A stretch of DNA of 64,000 bases from Opitutales bacterium. GTDB lineage: Bacteria; Verrucomicrobiota; Verrucomicrobiia; Opitutales; UBA2987. A program made the position numbers and the translations under genes. The DNA is taken from NCBI GenBank assembly GCA_965226885.1, contig CBDDEL010000014.1:448001-512000 (forward strand), read 5' to 3'. Under the pieces are notes generated by a model. It did not search any database. It worked only from the letters and a program-made list of their open reading frames with translations, and was not told the origin of the DNA. Positions 42,706 through 53,610 of the stretch are shown here, one piece after another; position 1 is the first letter of the stretch, and each line of letters begins with the position of its first letter.

Positions 42706-45700
42706 GAGGCTGTCCCAAAAGGGTGATTTTTGCGAGGGCTTTTGATAGGCGCTCATTTTAGAGGTATTTGCATTTGGGAGAGTATCAACTTTGCTCTCCT
42801 ATGACGTTAGGATACTGGTTTTGGGGTCCGGTTGCCTGGTTTTCTTTGTATGAGCCGACAGTACGGCTGTGAAAAAGTATTGTCCTTGCTTTTCCGCTCT
42901 CTAGGCCGCCGCTTTGGTTTTTAGTTCGTCTTGCTGGGCCAGCATCTTGGCTACTTTCCATAGGTTGTGCGAGAGTACCGACCAGGCTACGCTGATCGAG
43001 CGGTTGGCAAAGCCTTTGCTGCGCAACCGCCCGGCCTGCCAGCGATTCTTCAATACCCCGATCCGCCCTTCGGTGCTGGCCCGGCGCTTTTGCAATTGTC
43101 TAAACAGTGGTTCCTCCATCCGTTTTTTCAACTGCTTCGGATCGCGTGGACAGAGCGCGTCGTAGATTCCCTCCTGGGCTAACCCGGATATTTCATGAAG
43201 GGTAAAGTTTGGCTCGTTATTGCTATTGGAGATGGATTTCTTTGTATTTTGAGCAGATCGTCTTGATTTTTAGGTGTTTTTCAGGGTGTAGAGACACTGC
43301 CCCCTTTCCCCCATTGGTTCGGTAGTGCCGGGGGCAGCACCAATGCACCCTTTAGGTTGGCACCAATCGGCGGGCCGCATGGTTGAAAAGACTGGCCCAA
43401 GGATAACTCTCACTTAGGTGAAAGTGAATCGTTCGGGTGTTGCGCACGATGACCGCTCCGATCTTGATTAATTTGAGCCGCAGGGTGTGGCATTGGGCCC
43501 GCGCCCACTTCGTCCCTTTTAAGGCTAACCGGCGCATGGCTTCCATCAAGGTGTAGGCCAGCGCCGACAAGAGCAATCGCCACTGATTGGCCCACCATTG
43601 ATGGGCGCTGGTGCGCTCGCTGAACAATTGCATCTGTTCCTTGATTCGGTTCTCCATTTCACCGCGGCCACAGTATACCTTGTCGTAAAGCTCCTGGGGA
43701 TCGCCCGGCAGGTTCGTCACCACGAAGCGCGGGTTGGACCCCTGTGCGGTGTGTTCGGCTTTATGGATGACCAACCGCAGCCATCGCCACGAATCGGCAG
43801 CATAGACGAAGTCCTGGAATAACCGTTGTTTTTTACCCCTTAGTTCGAACCATTCTTTGGCCTGCTTTTGCAACTGCTGGGCGTCTTGCTGCAAGCGTGC
43901 ATTGCGAGCCATCCCCACGATGTAACTAACTTCGTTGCGGTCGCACCAAGAGAGTATCCGGTCTCGACAAAATCCACTGTCGGCGCGCCAAATAATCCGC
44001 GTACGGGGCCAGCTTTGGCGCATCCGTTTAACCAGCAATTTGAGGATGGCCCCGGCATGCTTGCTGGCATCGATCTTGCTCGGCCGCAGGTAGGCCACCA
44101 GCAGCTGATCACCGCAAAAAACATATAGCGGCAGAAAACAGTAATGATCATAATAACCGTGGAAAAAACGTCCCTCCTGGAGCCCGTGCACCGGATTGTC
44201 GGTGGCGTCAAAGTCCAGGATGATCTCTTCGGGTTCCTCGGCAAAGGAGCCCATGAACTGTTCGACCAACAGCTCGTTTACCGCAAAGGCCGCCCGCCGA
44301 TCCTGCCCGTTTTCAAAACGACACAAAGTCGGCGCGCTGGCCAACGTTTCAATGCGCCCCGTTACCGTTTGCAACAATGGATCGTGGCGCAGGGTATCAA
44401 AGTCGTTCAAATCCTCATAGCCCGCCACCAGCCCGTAAACGCGCTGCCGCAGCATCCCCAATACCTCATGGCGTACTTTGCCCTTCTGCCGTTTGTCCAC
44501 TAACTGTCGGGCCGCTCGTTCGGTCAAGCCCAACTGCCGATCCACTTCCCGGATCAAAAGCAGTCCGGCATCCGAAGTAACCTCTCCGCCCTTGAAATCA
44601 ACCCGCACACGGCGGCCTTTTACCCTTGTCAACTGTAGCTTTAATTGTTTACCTTTTGTCATCGCTGATATTGCTTTAATTATTGATCTATCCTGCTGTA
44701 TATCAGCAGTTAAGCATATCAACGATACTTTTTTTACGAAATATCCGGGCTAACTCCCAGCGGGCCCGCTGGGAGGCAAATCCCCGGTCCGCGCACATGG
44801 CCGCTATGGGTTCTTCCAGGTTGAAGCGGTTCTGTCTTTGCAAACTCTCTTGCATTTGTTCATTTTCGCTTGGAGTTCGGCTGCCGTAGAGTTTCCAGTC
44901 CAGCAGGTACCCTTCAACGCTTTCTCCCAAAAACAGGGTGTTGCCGAACTCGACCTCTTGGCCCGCTTTACCTCGCACAATCACCTGCCCATCGAGTTCG
45001 TAAACACTCAAGACTTTCTCTGCGTTTTTCACCTGGCGGCCGCCAATGATCCGCTCGTGCGCCTGTTTGATGACCACCGGGATTTGCTCGCTCATGCGCT
45101 CCATCCGGGCGAGGATCTGTTGGACCTGTTTTTCGCTGTAATCGCTTTGCTCCCAGCAGGCTTGCAATAATTCCCGGTGACTGCGGGCATGCTCCCCGAT
45201 CCGTTTGAGCAGCTTTTTCATCTGCCTCAAGATACCCTTGCGCTGCCGCGCGCTGTCCTTTCGCCGCCGGCTGTGGGTCATCTGTATGCACAGCCGATTC
45301 ATCTGCCGAGCCAAGGGCTCCGGTTCGATCGGCATGCGATGGCGCAAACCGGCCTTCTCGCGGATCAGCCGGATCGCTTTGAGCAACGTGCCGGCTACAT
45401 CCTCGAGTAATACCCAGTCCGTCGGCCAATGAATGTTAGCCTCCAAACAGGTGCCGTCGATCAGGCAAATGGTGGTGTCAATCGGCTTGTCCAATCCCAC
45501 CTGCCGGGCCAGAAGGGCATCGCCCACCACCTCAGTCAAGGTCCGGTGCAAGGCCCTCAACTGCTCTTCGCTGAAAAACTTCGAGGCCCGCTCCAGGGTG
45601 CTTTTGGAGATGCCCCTGATGCCATCGATCTGCCGGACACGGCAAAAGTCGGCCAACAGATCGCTGCTGCCCAGAGCCCGCGACAAATGCCGAAACGAAA

Positions 45701-46099
45701 TCCCTCCGAGCAGACGGCCCAGCGTATCCATGCGCAGTGCCTTGATGGCAAAACTGGCCCGCTGCCGCCGGGCCTTTAGACCCATTGGCGGCCACCCCTC
45801 CAAGGCCAGCTCAATGGCCTGCGATTCCACCTCCGAGTCGATCAGCAGCCGATCGATTCGATCAATGGTGGCGCGGAAGTTATCGTCATCAAGGCACCGG
45901 TCGACCACAGTTAAAGCTGGACGCAGGAGGCATTGGATGGCTATATTTTTCATAGAAAGGGCTATATTGATTTTGATTTTCGCTAACTCAATTATAGAAC
46001 CCTTTTTTGGCCGGATCGAGCAAAAACTTGCTCTTTCCGGCTCTTTTTATCAACGTCATCCAGTTGACTATAAAATCTTTATATTTTTGGGACAGCCTC
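42706..46099 (-). mobile_element. IS5/ISNCY-like copy 4; transposase 42901-45953 interrupted by IS1380 copy F
   Basis: IRs present; 6-bp TSD TAATTA. Confidence 0.92.
43183..44749 (-). mobile_element. IS1380 copy F (complete; transposase 43352-44662)
   Basis: IRs present; TSD CTAA. Confidence 0.95.
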
Positions 46100-46186
46100 T
46101 AATTACGGACTGCCGTTTCATCGCATCAGGATGAAGCGGTCCGGTAGGTGCAATTCCCCTCAACTCAAGCGATGAGAGAAATGCGA

Positions 46187-47432
46187 TTAGTTTTCCCGCA
46201 AGAAACCCACGACTATGAGACCTGCAGACATCAATGCACCGGCAGCATAAAATATTGCCAGCAGGCCGGAAGCGTCACCAATCAATCCAAAAAAATAGGG
46301 TGAGATGGCTGCCAAGAGAAAAGTAGGCGTGTAATAAATAGCATATCCTTCACTGCGAAAGTCTTCATGCAATGTAGGGACCAATCCGATATAGAGCACG
46401 GACGAAGTTCCATTCAGGAAAAATCCGAAAACAGGAAGAAAACAGAGCATGGCCCACCCGGACGGAATTGAGGGGAGGGCAAAGCAGCTTCCCGAAGGCC
46501 CCGCCGAAAAAAGTCAGAGACACGAACCAGCCAATGGAATCCTCTCGAAGGCCGGATTGAATCAGGTAGAAGCCGAGAAAGGCCATAACTGCACTTCGGA
46601 TTGCGGTATCGACCATGCCGACAATCGAAAAGAGCATGAATTGCCGCCGTTTTCGGATTCCCCGGAAGGAGGGTTTCACTGCCTCTGCACCCGAAATCCC
46701 GTTTGACAGGTCCCGATTACTGGCTACTTCCGTCTTTCGCGGGCGTTGCAGCCTTTGGAATATCTGCCTCCGAAAAGCGAGGAGATACGAAATCGAGGCA
46801 ATCAGACCGATACTTCCCAGGACCGCAAAGGTTCCCCGCCAGCCAGCCTTAATCACCAGGACACCCGCGAGGGCGGGAAAAAGAACCTTTCCAATATCGC
46901 CAAAGAAATTGAGGATGCCGATGGCAGGTCCCGCCTTTTCAGGTCTCGAAACATTAGCCACCAAGGCCGTGCCAACCGGATGATAGACTCCGCCTCCGAT
47001 TCCCGAAAATAGGATCAACACAAGCGTGACCGGAAAACTGAAGGCCAGCAGCAAAGCGATAAAACCCGCGCTGAACCACGCCGTGCCAAGCCCGAGAAGG
47101 AGAGTTTCCCCTACTCTTTCCACCAGGAGTCCTGCAGGTATCTGGGCAACGCTGATGGCGGCGTGAACGGCCGTTTTAAGAAGACCGGACTGGGTGTAGG
47201 AGAGCCCCAGTTCCGCTGCCATGAAGGGAAGCAGAAGGGAGAGGCTGGCAATATATCCGTCATTGACGACATGGAGAAGACTGCACCAACCCAGTTGACG
47301 CCGCCCCTCGCGGTCAGAGGGGAGTGGCGATTCCCCACTCTCACTCGCCAGGGTATTCGTACGATCCCTTGTTGACTCACATGCAGGCGCCTTCCGGCGG
47401 CGCTTATTTATTCTTCTAGGAGGTAACGCCAT
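46187..47432 (-). pseudogene. MFS transporter, frameshifted near 46480 (start uncertain)
   Basis: HVVNDGY, GGGVYHP and NFFGDIGK in one frame; LNGTSSVLY and the last TMs in another. A TM-sized stretch appears to be missing after GAFGKLL. Confidence 0.8.
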
Positions 47433-48749
47433 TGACTAGTTCGTTGGCTCGGATGACGAACGGCTTCCAGGCTTCCCTCCCGCTGGCCCCGATGAGATTA
47501 AAACGAAGCACCGGTTCACCGGTTAAATCAAACTCCAGCAGACCGAAATTATCTTCCCGGGTAAATACTTGCCGTATCCGTATTTCCGGTTTGCGCCCGG
47601 GATTTACCTCTGTTGGTGTCTGGCCGAGGGGCGAGCTGACCAGATCATAGAGATCGTAGCCTCCTCTTTCCGACCAAGGTATAGCATTGAGCTCACCTTG
47701 ATGGGTATCGCCGGAAAGCAGGATTACCCCGGTTATTTCATTGTCCCGTATGAAATCGAAGAGTGCGTCGCGTTCGTGCAGATAAGAGGCCCAGGAATCT
47801 CCTCCCGGTTCTTTGGCCTTCGACCAGCCGCTGCCCAAAATCAGCACTTTGAAGGGCGCTGTGCTATCTTTAAGTGATTGCTGCAACCACTCGCTCTGTT
47901 CTTTGCCCAGAAATGTTTTGCCGGGATGGTCAGGCTCTTTATCGGGGTCGCGGTAGTAACGGCAGTCGATAAAAAAGAAGTCAACACCGCCATAGTGATA
48001 TTGAAAAAATACCCCTGGCGACCCCGACAATCCGTAAGATGGATTCACCCAGTAACGTTTAAAAACATTTAGGCCATTCGCCTTGCGGGGGTGGCGCCGG
48101 TCATAATCGTTGAGACCGTAATCATGGTCGTCCCACACTGCCAGTTGGGGTATGGTATGAATGACCGGTTGGAGGGTAGCGACATCGCGTTGGCGACGCC
48201 ATTCTTCGGCCAGAATCTCGGGATCGAGGGTGTCGCCATAAATATTATCGCCGACCCAGAAAAACAAGTCGGGTTGAAACCGCAGAACCGTTGTCCAAAC
48301 GTCCTGTTTGCGGTCGAGTAGGTAGCGCGGGCAGGAGCCAAACGCGATGCTAAAACGTCCCTTCTTCCCCTCAGGCGGGGCGGTTTTTGTATAAAATGGC
48401 GGCAGGTCGCGTTGGTATCTGGGGGTTCCACCCTCGACCCGGAACCGATAATAATAACGAGTATCAGGTTTTAAATCACGTAGCTTCCATTTCAAAACGT
48501 AATCCTCTTCCTTGGTGGCGGAAAGCGCCTGCTTATTCGACCGGGTGAAATCTTTTGAAGTATCGTATTCGATCTCCCCGGTGTGAGATCCACTGAGCCT
48601 TGCCCAGATGGTGATTTCATTCGGACCAACGGCCCCCACCATAGGCCCCTGCATGAAGCGAGGATAACCGATTGGATCATCGGAATAAAGGTCATCGACC
48701 CTCTTATTGCAATTAGCATTATTAAAAAAAGAATGTTACGTGTATTCAT
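47416..48749 (-). pseudogene. phoD: PhoD-family alkaline phosphatase / phosphodiesterase; catalytic ORF 47416-48654 is intact but the signal peptide is out of frame
   Basis: FGSC, WVGDNIYGD, VWDDHDYG, D.RYYRD and LLSGDTH motifs. The hydrophobic leader MNTRNILFLIMLIAI at 48749 is in a different frame. Confidence 0.75.
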
Positions 48750-48780
48750 TTAAGTTCTTCTCCATGAAAAGTGGCCGTGG

Positions 48781-49761
48781 TCAATTAACGATATACTCAG
48801 GTCTTTTCCCGCGCAACACCCGGACGGCATTATTGGCCATCTGGGAATACCTCATTTTCAGCGCTTCTTCAGTTTCACCGGCCACGTGAGGAGTGAGTAT
48901 CACATTGGGCAAGGATCTCAGAGGGTGGACCGGGGGCAACGGTTCCGTTGCAAACACATCCAGCCCAGCTTTGCGGATGGTTCCTTTTTTAAGCGCATTA
49001 ACCAATTCACTCTCCTCGATAATAGCTCCGCGTGAGGTGTTGATGAGCCAACCCAACCCTTTCTCACCGATTTTCTTCAATTCATCTTTCCCAATCAACG
49101 TTTCCGTCTTATCGGGCCCGTCTCTTAATAAAGGGAGATGCAAGGAAATGATATCCGCCTTCGTCAAGAGGGTATTCAGATCGACCATGGTTACAAAATC
49201 CTGTCCCTCGTTCCCTTTTTGCGGGTTCTTCCTTGTGGCCATGACCTTCATACCGAGGGAATGGGCAATCTCTGCCGTAATCTTGCCGATATGGCCAAAA
49301 CCCAAGACCCCGAAGACCTTGCCCGCCAACTCCGTGCCGATACGGCGGCTCCAACTGCCTGTGTTCATCTCCCGGAGGTAATGATCGCCGTTTTTGGCCA
49401 AAGCCATGAGAAGAAAAATGGCGTGTTCAGCAGTAGACTGAGCCATAATGTGGGCGGTGCTGCAGACGTAGATTCCCCGTTCTTTAGAGGCTGCCAAATC
49501 GACGGTATCGCAACCCGTGCCACAGTGAATCAACCGAAGGCGGGAAGCGCCCTGAATCATTTCCCGGATTAACGAGGCCTTGTTGGGATAAACAATATCG
49601 GCATCTACGATTTCCCGTCCGATAGTCTCGACATCGTCCTTATCGGCAACGACCACAAGGTTCGGCACAAACCCGTTTGCCCTAAGCAAGGTGTCAACAG
49701 TATTCACCATAATCCCGTCATCAGCAGAGCATAACAGCACTTTAACAGGAGTGGTCGTCAT
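48781..49761 (-). CDS. D-2-hydroxyacid dehydrogenase
   Basis: GVLGFGHIG, ISLHLP, INTSRG, LDVFATEP and TPHVAG motifs. Confidence 0.88.
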   Translation of the reverse strand: MTTTPVKVLLCSADDGIMVNTVDTLLRANGFVPNLVVVADKDDVETIGREIVDADIVYPNKASLIREMIQGASRLRLIHCGTGCDTVDLAASKERGIYVCSTAHIMAQSTAEHAIFLLMALAKNGDHYLREMNTGSWSRRIGTELAGKVFGVLGFGHIGKITAEIAHSLGMKVMATRKNPQKGNEGQDFVTMVDLNTLLTKADIISLHLPLLRDGPDKTETLIGKDELKKIGEKGLGWLINTSRGAIIEESELVNALKKGTIRKAGLDVFATEPLPPVHPLRSLPNVILTPHVAGETEEALKMRYSQMANNAVRVLRGKRPEYIVN

Positions 49762-49808
49762 CTGTCAAAAGTTCCTTGTCTGGAGGAGAAACGAAAGGGC
49801 GGCAGGGT

Positions 49809-50537
49809 TCAGGAAAACTCGGTTTCGATGAGGGCGGGGAGGTCTTTCACACTCGGTATAACATGGGTGTGCCGATACTTTCCCCACGCTTCCACCGGCC
49901 GCGGGCCACTGAGAACCCCGACTATGCCGCGGCACCCGGCATTGTAACCTTCCAGCATATCCGCTGGCGTATCGCCAATTTTGAGCACTTCATGGACGCT
50001 CTGCACATTCAATTGCGTCATGGCATAGTAAATCATAAAAGGGGCCGGCCGGCCATGCTCACCGGGAACATGCTCGACATCGACCGAGAGATCGACCAAT
50101 CCGTCCCGCACCCAGCCCAAACCGTCCATGATGGCCTCGGTGATATCGCGATGAAAACCAGTGTCGGTGGCTACTTTGATGCCGTTCTCATGACACCACC
50201 GAAAGGTGTCTTCGGCTCCCTCTATTTCGCGGACTTCATTACGGTAATGGTCGATCATGATCTCCGAGTAACGGTGAAATACCTTCATCGCTTCATCGAG
50301 AGTCTCCGGGTAGATGATTTTTTCGAAATCTTCAATCTCAACCTTCTTCCCTTGAGACCGGGCGATGAGGAATTGATAGAGGTGGATCTTGTTGGTGCCC
50401 ATATGCAGGAGTATCTCATCAGGCGTCGTTTGCAGGTCGAATTCCGTGGCCGCTTGGTGGAGGCAGTCCCGAACACCCGTGTCGTCATAAACAGTGGTCC
50501 CTGAGAGATCGAACATGATCATACTGATTTTACTCAT
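49809..50537 (-). CDS. Phosphonatase-like (PhnX-like) HAD hydrolase
   Basis: FDLSGTTV; MGTNK, with Lys at the PhnX Schiff-base position; TGF, GRPAPFMI and KIGDT..D..EG.NAG. Confidence 0.82.
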   Translation of the reverse strand: MSKISMIMFDLSGTTVYDDTGVRDCLHQAATEFDLQTTPDEILLHMGTNKIHLYQFLIARSQGKKVEIEDFEKIIYPETLDEAMKVFHRYSEIMIDHYRNEVREIEGAEDTFRWCHENGIKVATDTGFHRDITEAIMDGLGWVRDGLVDLSVDVEHVPGEHGRPAPFMIYYAMTQLNVQSVHEVLKIGDTPADMLEGYNAGCRGIVGVLSGPRPVEAWGKYRHTHVIPSVKDLPALIETEFS

Positions 50538-50590
50538 AATTTTTTTCTTCCTTTATTTGTGTTATGTTAAGTTGGTTAAATTAAATGAAG

Positions 50591-51952
50591 TCAGCCGGAA
50601 TTTGCTTCTTTTTTCACGGTTGCAGGCAAGGCATTCCATCTGGGCAGAAGGAGCAGCACCGCTATAATAACAAACGCTCCCAGGCAATTAAAGAGAACTC
50701 CCCAGCCGTAATGAGCCCAGATGATACCGGGTAAAGACATACCAAGAATTTGCCCTGTCGAACCCATGCCATTAATCAACCCGGCCGATGATCCGGCGCC
50801 CTTTTTTGTCCCGAAATCCACCGCCGATACCGAACTGATCATGGCATCCGGACCAAATAGGAAAAACCCCATGGCAAACAGCAGCAAAACCATGGTTCCC
50901 TTTCCTCCAGCCTCCGTCAGGCCGTTAAAGAGAAAGAGGATTACGGCGAGAATAAGAAATCCCAGAACTATTATGGGAATGCGGCGCGAATGAAACCATT
51001 TGTCCGAGGCGTAACCGGCAAATATAACCCCTAATGGTCCGGCGGCTTCGAAAGCTGCGCTGATAATGGCCGATTCGCCGATATTTGTTCCCAACTTATC
51101 GTTAATCATAAGCGGCCCCCAGAAGAGAATAGCATAGCGTGTGGGCTTGATAAAAAAATAGACTGCGCCGAGGGTAAGAATGACCGGATTGCGGAAAACT
51201 TCACCGATCACCTTCCAGGATCCTTCTCGTTCCTCCTCGGGCGTTTCATCCTGGTCTAGAACGTCGACTGTCTCTCCGTGATACTCTTCTATGGAGGGCA
51301 GACCGACATCCTCAGGCCGGTTTTTCTGCAAAAGCAGGAACAGCAACCAAATAATGGCCAGAACGACAGCCGGCATGAAAAAGGCGAAGCGCCAATTCAA
51401 AAAAACCAGGGCCATATAACCGGCGAAGGCGCTGGCCAGCATTCCCCCGATGGGGTAGTTGGTGGCCCAAAAACCGTAAGTCCGGCCCCGCTCTTTACGG
51501 GAAAACCAATAGCTGACATTCTTGGTCAGGGGCGCCCACCCGGTGGATTGACAAAGGCCCTGGCAAAAAAAGAGCGCTCCAAAAAGAATCACAGTGGAGG
51601 ACATCCCCATGGCCACGGCTATGACCACAGAAAAAAACATCCCGGCCAGCACCACTTTGCGGGGACCGAACTTGTCTCCGCACATTCCCCAGATGAATTG
51701 CCCGAGAGCATAAGCTATGCCATAGAGCCCATCGATCAAACCGAGCGATGCCTTCGTGATCTCGATGGCCGGATCCTCCAGGATGCCGATCTTGGCCACG
51801 GGGAAAGATTTCCTCGTAAAATAAAATCCAACGTAGGCCAACCAGGTAACCCCAAAAGTTATATAACGCCACCGCTCATAGCGTATGTCGCGCTTGTCCT
51901 GGCGGGCGCCCACCGATAATGCTGAACCTTCTTTTTCTGAAATTGCCATCAC
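50591..51952 (-). CDS. MFS organophosphate:Pi antiporter family transporter (GlpT/UhpT-like)
   Basis: YVGFYFTRK, QSTGW, WFSRKERG, PEDVGLP and AGLING.GS.G motifs. Confidence 0.88.
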   Translation of the reverse strand: MMAISEKEGSALSVGARQDKRDIRYERWRYITFGVTWLAYVGFYFTRKSFPVAKIGILEDPAIEITKASLGLIDGLYGIAYALGQFIWGMCGDKFGPRKVVLAGMFFSVVIAVAMGMSSTVILFGALFFCQGLCQSTGWAPLTKNVSYWFSRKERGRTYGFWATNYPIGGMLASAFAGYMALVFLNWRFAFFMPAVVLAIIWLLFLLLQKNRPEDVGLPSIEEYHGETVDVLDQDETPEEEREGSWKVIGEVFRNPVILTLGAVYFFIKPTRYAILFWGPLMINDKLGTNIGESAIISAAFEAAGPLGVIFAGYASDKWFHSRRIPIIVLGFLILAVILFLFNGLTEAGGKGTMVLLLFAMGFFLFGPDAMISSVSAVDFGTKKGAGSSAGLINGMGSTGQILGMSLPGIIWAHYGWGVLFNCLGAFVIIAVLLLLPRWNALPATVKKEANSG

Positions 51953-52149
51953 TGATATCCTTTTCGCAGGTAATAAAGTGTTTTCATAGTATTCCTTTTA
52001 TTCTTTATTCGTAGCTTTAATGCATCATCGACGAGACGGGGAGACCCAACAAAAAGTAATCCCGCCAGAGTTCGGATATTAGTCTCTTGATAACCCGATA
52101 ATCCGCCTCCTGTTCATTGGCAGAAACCCTCCGCAGTGGTAATGCAATT

Positions 52150-53265
52150 CTATATGCGAACTCCCACACGGTAAGAGCCTGAGGCAATCGCGTAATTAAA
52201 AGATTCATTAACCGTATCGAGGTCAAATGCATCATGAACGAGACCTTCAAAAGGAAAGTTCGTGTAGTATTTTTCCATAAAGGCAACCGCAGTCACCAGA
52301 TCTTCTTCATTATAATTATGAAGGCCCCGTATGGTATGCAAATTGCGTACAAATTTTTCCGCGTTGATATGCAGGTCACGCTGTGGAAACGTTGCTCCTA
52401 CCCATACGGCGGTTCCACCAATGCCGAGGAGCGATAGGGACGATTCCATCGTTTCCGGTACTCCACTGAAATCGAGGGCAGCCTGAATCTGTTCTCCTTC
52501 CGCCATAGGCCCGAGCCGCTCCTTCAGGGAACTCCCATCCGCCTCCATTTTCAAAGTGACGTCGACGCCGAATTTGCGGGCTTTGTCGAGTCGCTCGACG
52601 TCGATGTCCAATGCGATGATTTTCCTCGCTTTGCTTGTCCTGCACATGGCACAGGCAATTATTCCCAGCATTCCCACTCCGGTGACAAGCACTGTCCGAT
52701 CCTCAACGGAGCCCGCCAGACGAAGGGCTCCGGCAACCGTGGCGACAGAACAGTTGATGAGCGCAATGACGGGAAGCGGAAGAGGCTTTTCAATTTTGAT
52801 GACCGGAGTGTATTTACGCAGAATGCAGTATTCACTGAGCCCGCCGTGGAGATGATTGTCCTTCCTGATTTCCTCATGCCCGTATTTTAACAGCCCATCC
52901 CCTTTCTGCGGAATGCCGATCTGCGATAGGTAGCTGTCCGGGTTGGAAGCATAAATCCCCCACGTAACCCGATCGCCTACTCGCAATGTTCCGCCCCGGC
53001 AATCTGTCGTCCGGGCGCCCGGACCAAACTCTTCGATACGTCCAACGATTTCATGCCCGAGAATCGTAGGCGTCTTCTCCGTGCGCTTTCCCGTAAACGT
53101 GTTTAAATCGCTTCGGCACAGAGTCGTGTATTCGTTTCTGACCAGAATTTCACCATCTCGAAGATCCGGCACCTCAACCTCATCCATCTTAAAGGGTTGA
53201 TTCTGGGCATGGGATATCGCTACTTTGCTTGTTTTTACGGTTGGTTCTAATTTGCTTGTTTTCAT
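52150..53265 (-). CDS. Zn-dependent alcohol dehydrogenase, phosphonate-cluster-associated type
   Basis: TLCRSD..T..G.R, LGHEIVG, KYGHE, NCSVATV and G.HNY motifs; upstream of the PhnX-like HAD. Confidence 0.82.
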   Translation of the reverse strand: MKTSKLEPTVKTSKVAISHAQNQPFKMDEVEVPDLRDGEILVRNEYTTLCRSDLNTFTGKRTEKTPTILGHEIVGRIEEFGPGARTTDCRGGTLRVGDRVTWGIYASNPDSYLSQIGIPQKGDGLLKYGHEEIRKDNHLHGGLSEYCILRKYTPVIKIEKPLPLPVIALINCSVATVAGALRLAGSVEDRTVLVTGVGMLGIIACAMCRTSKARKIIALDIDVERLDKARKFGVDVTLKMEADGSSLKERLGPMAEGEQIQAALDFSGVPETMESSLSLLGIGGTAVWVGATFPQRDLHINAEKFVRNLHTIRGLHNYNEEDLVTAVAFMEKYYTNFPFEGLVHDAFDLDTVNESFNYAIASGSYRVGVRI

Positions 53266-53350
53266 GACCGGTCTATTGATGTGATTCAGACTTGCAGGAT
53301 CCACTGGTCAACGGTGACCATCTAGATCCCATTTTCATTAAATCATTACA

Positions 53351-53368
53351 TATATAGATATCTATATA
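53351..53368. promoter_or_regulatory. Perfect 18-bp palindrome, candidate PhnF operator
   Basis: TATATAGATATCTATATA, upstream of the ADH-MFS-HAD operon. Confidence 0.6.
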
Positions 53369-53449
53369 ATTTTTCAGAAGTTCAGAAGAATAGCAACCAA
53401 TAATTGTTTAGCCGTATTGATAAATCGAAAAAAGAGTTGTTTTCGGGAT

Positions 53450-53610
53450 TCATGACGAAAAGGCACAGGCAGAACTCTGCAAGAAGGCTTCCACGGTTTC
53501 GGCGATCTGCGAACCGAGCAGGCCGTAGAGGCCGATAAGATCTTCGTAGGGACCGTTAATGGCGAAACAATCGTTGATGCCGATCCTTTTCATGGGCGAG
53601 AGCCACTTCG
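53450..53610 (-). pseudogene. C-terminal remnant of a transketolase C-terminal subunit
   Basis: PMKRIGINDCFAINGPYEDLIGLYGL...IAETV resembles a transketolase_C terminus; the rest of the gene is absent. Confidence 0.6.

Noticed and set aside
34549..46099. Composite transposons carrying the amidohydrolase or the methyltransferase
   Set aside because: Each flanking IS has its own matching TSD (TAAATA, TATGTTA, TAATTA), so these are independent insertions into resident DNA.
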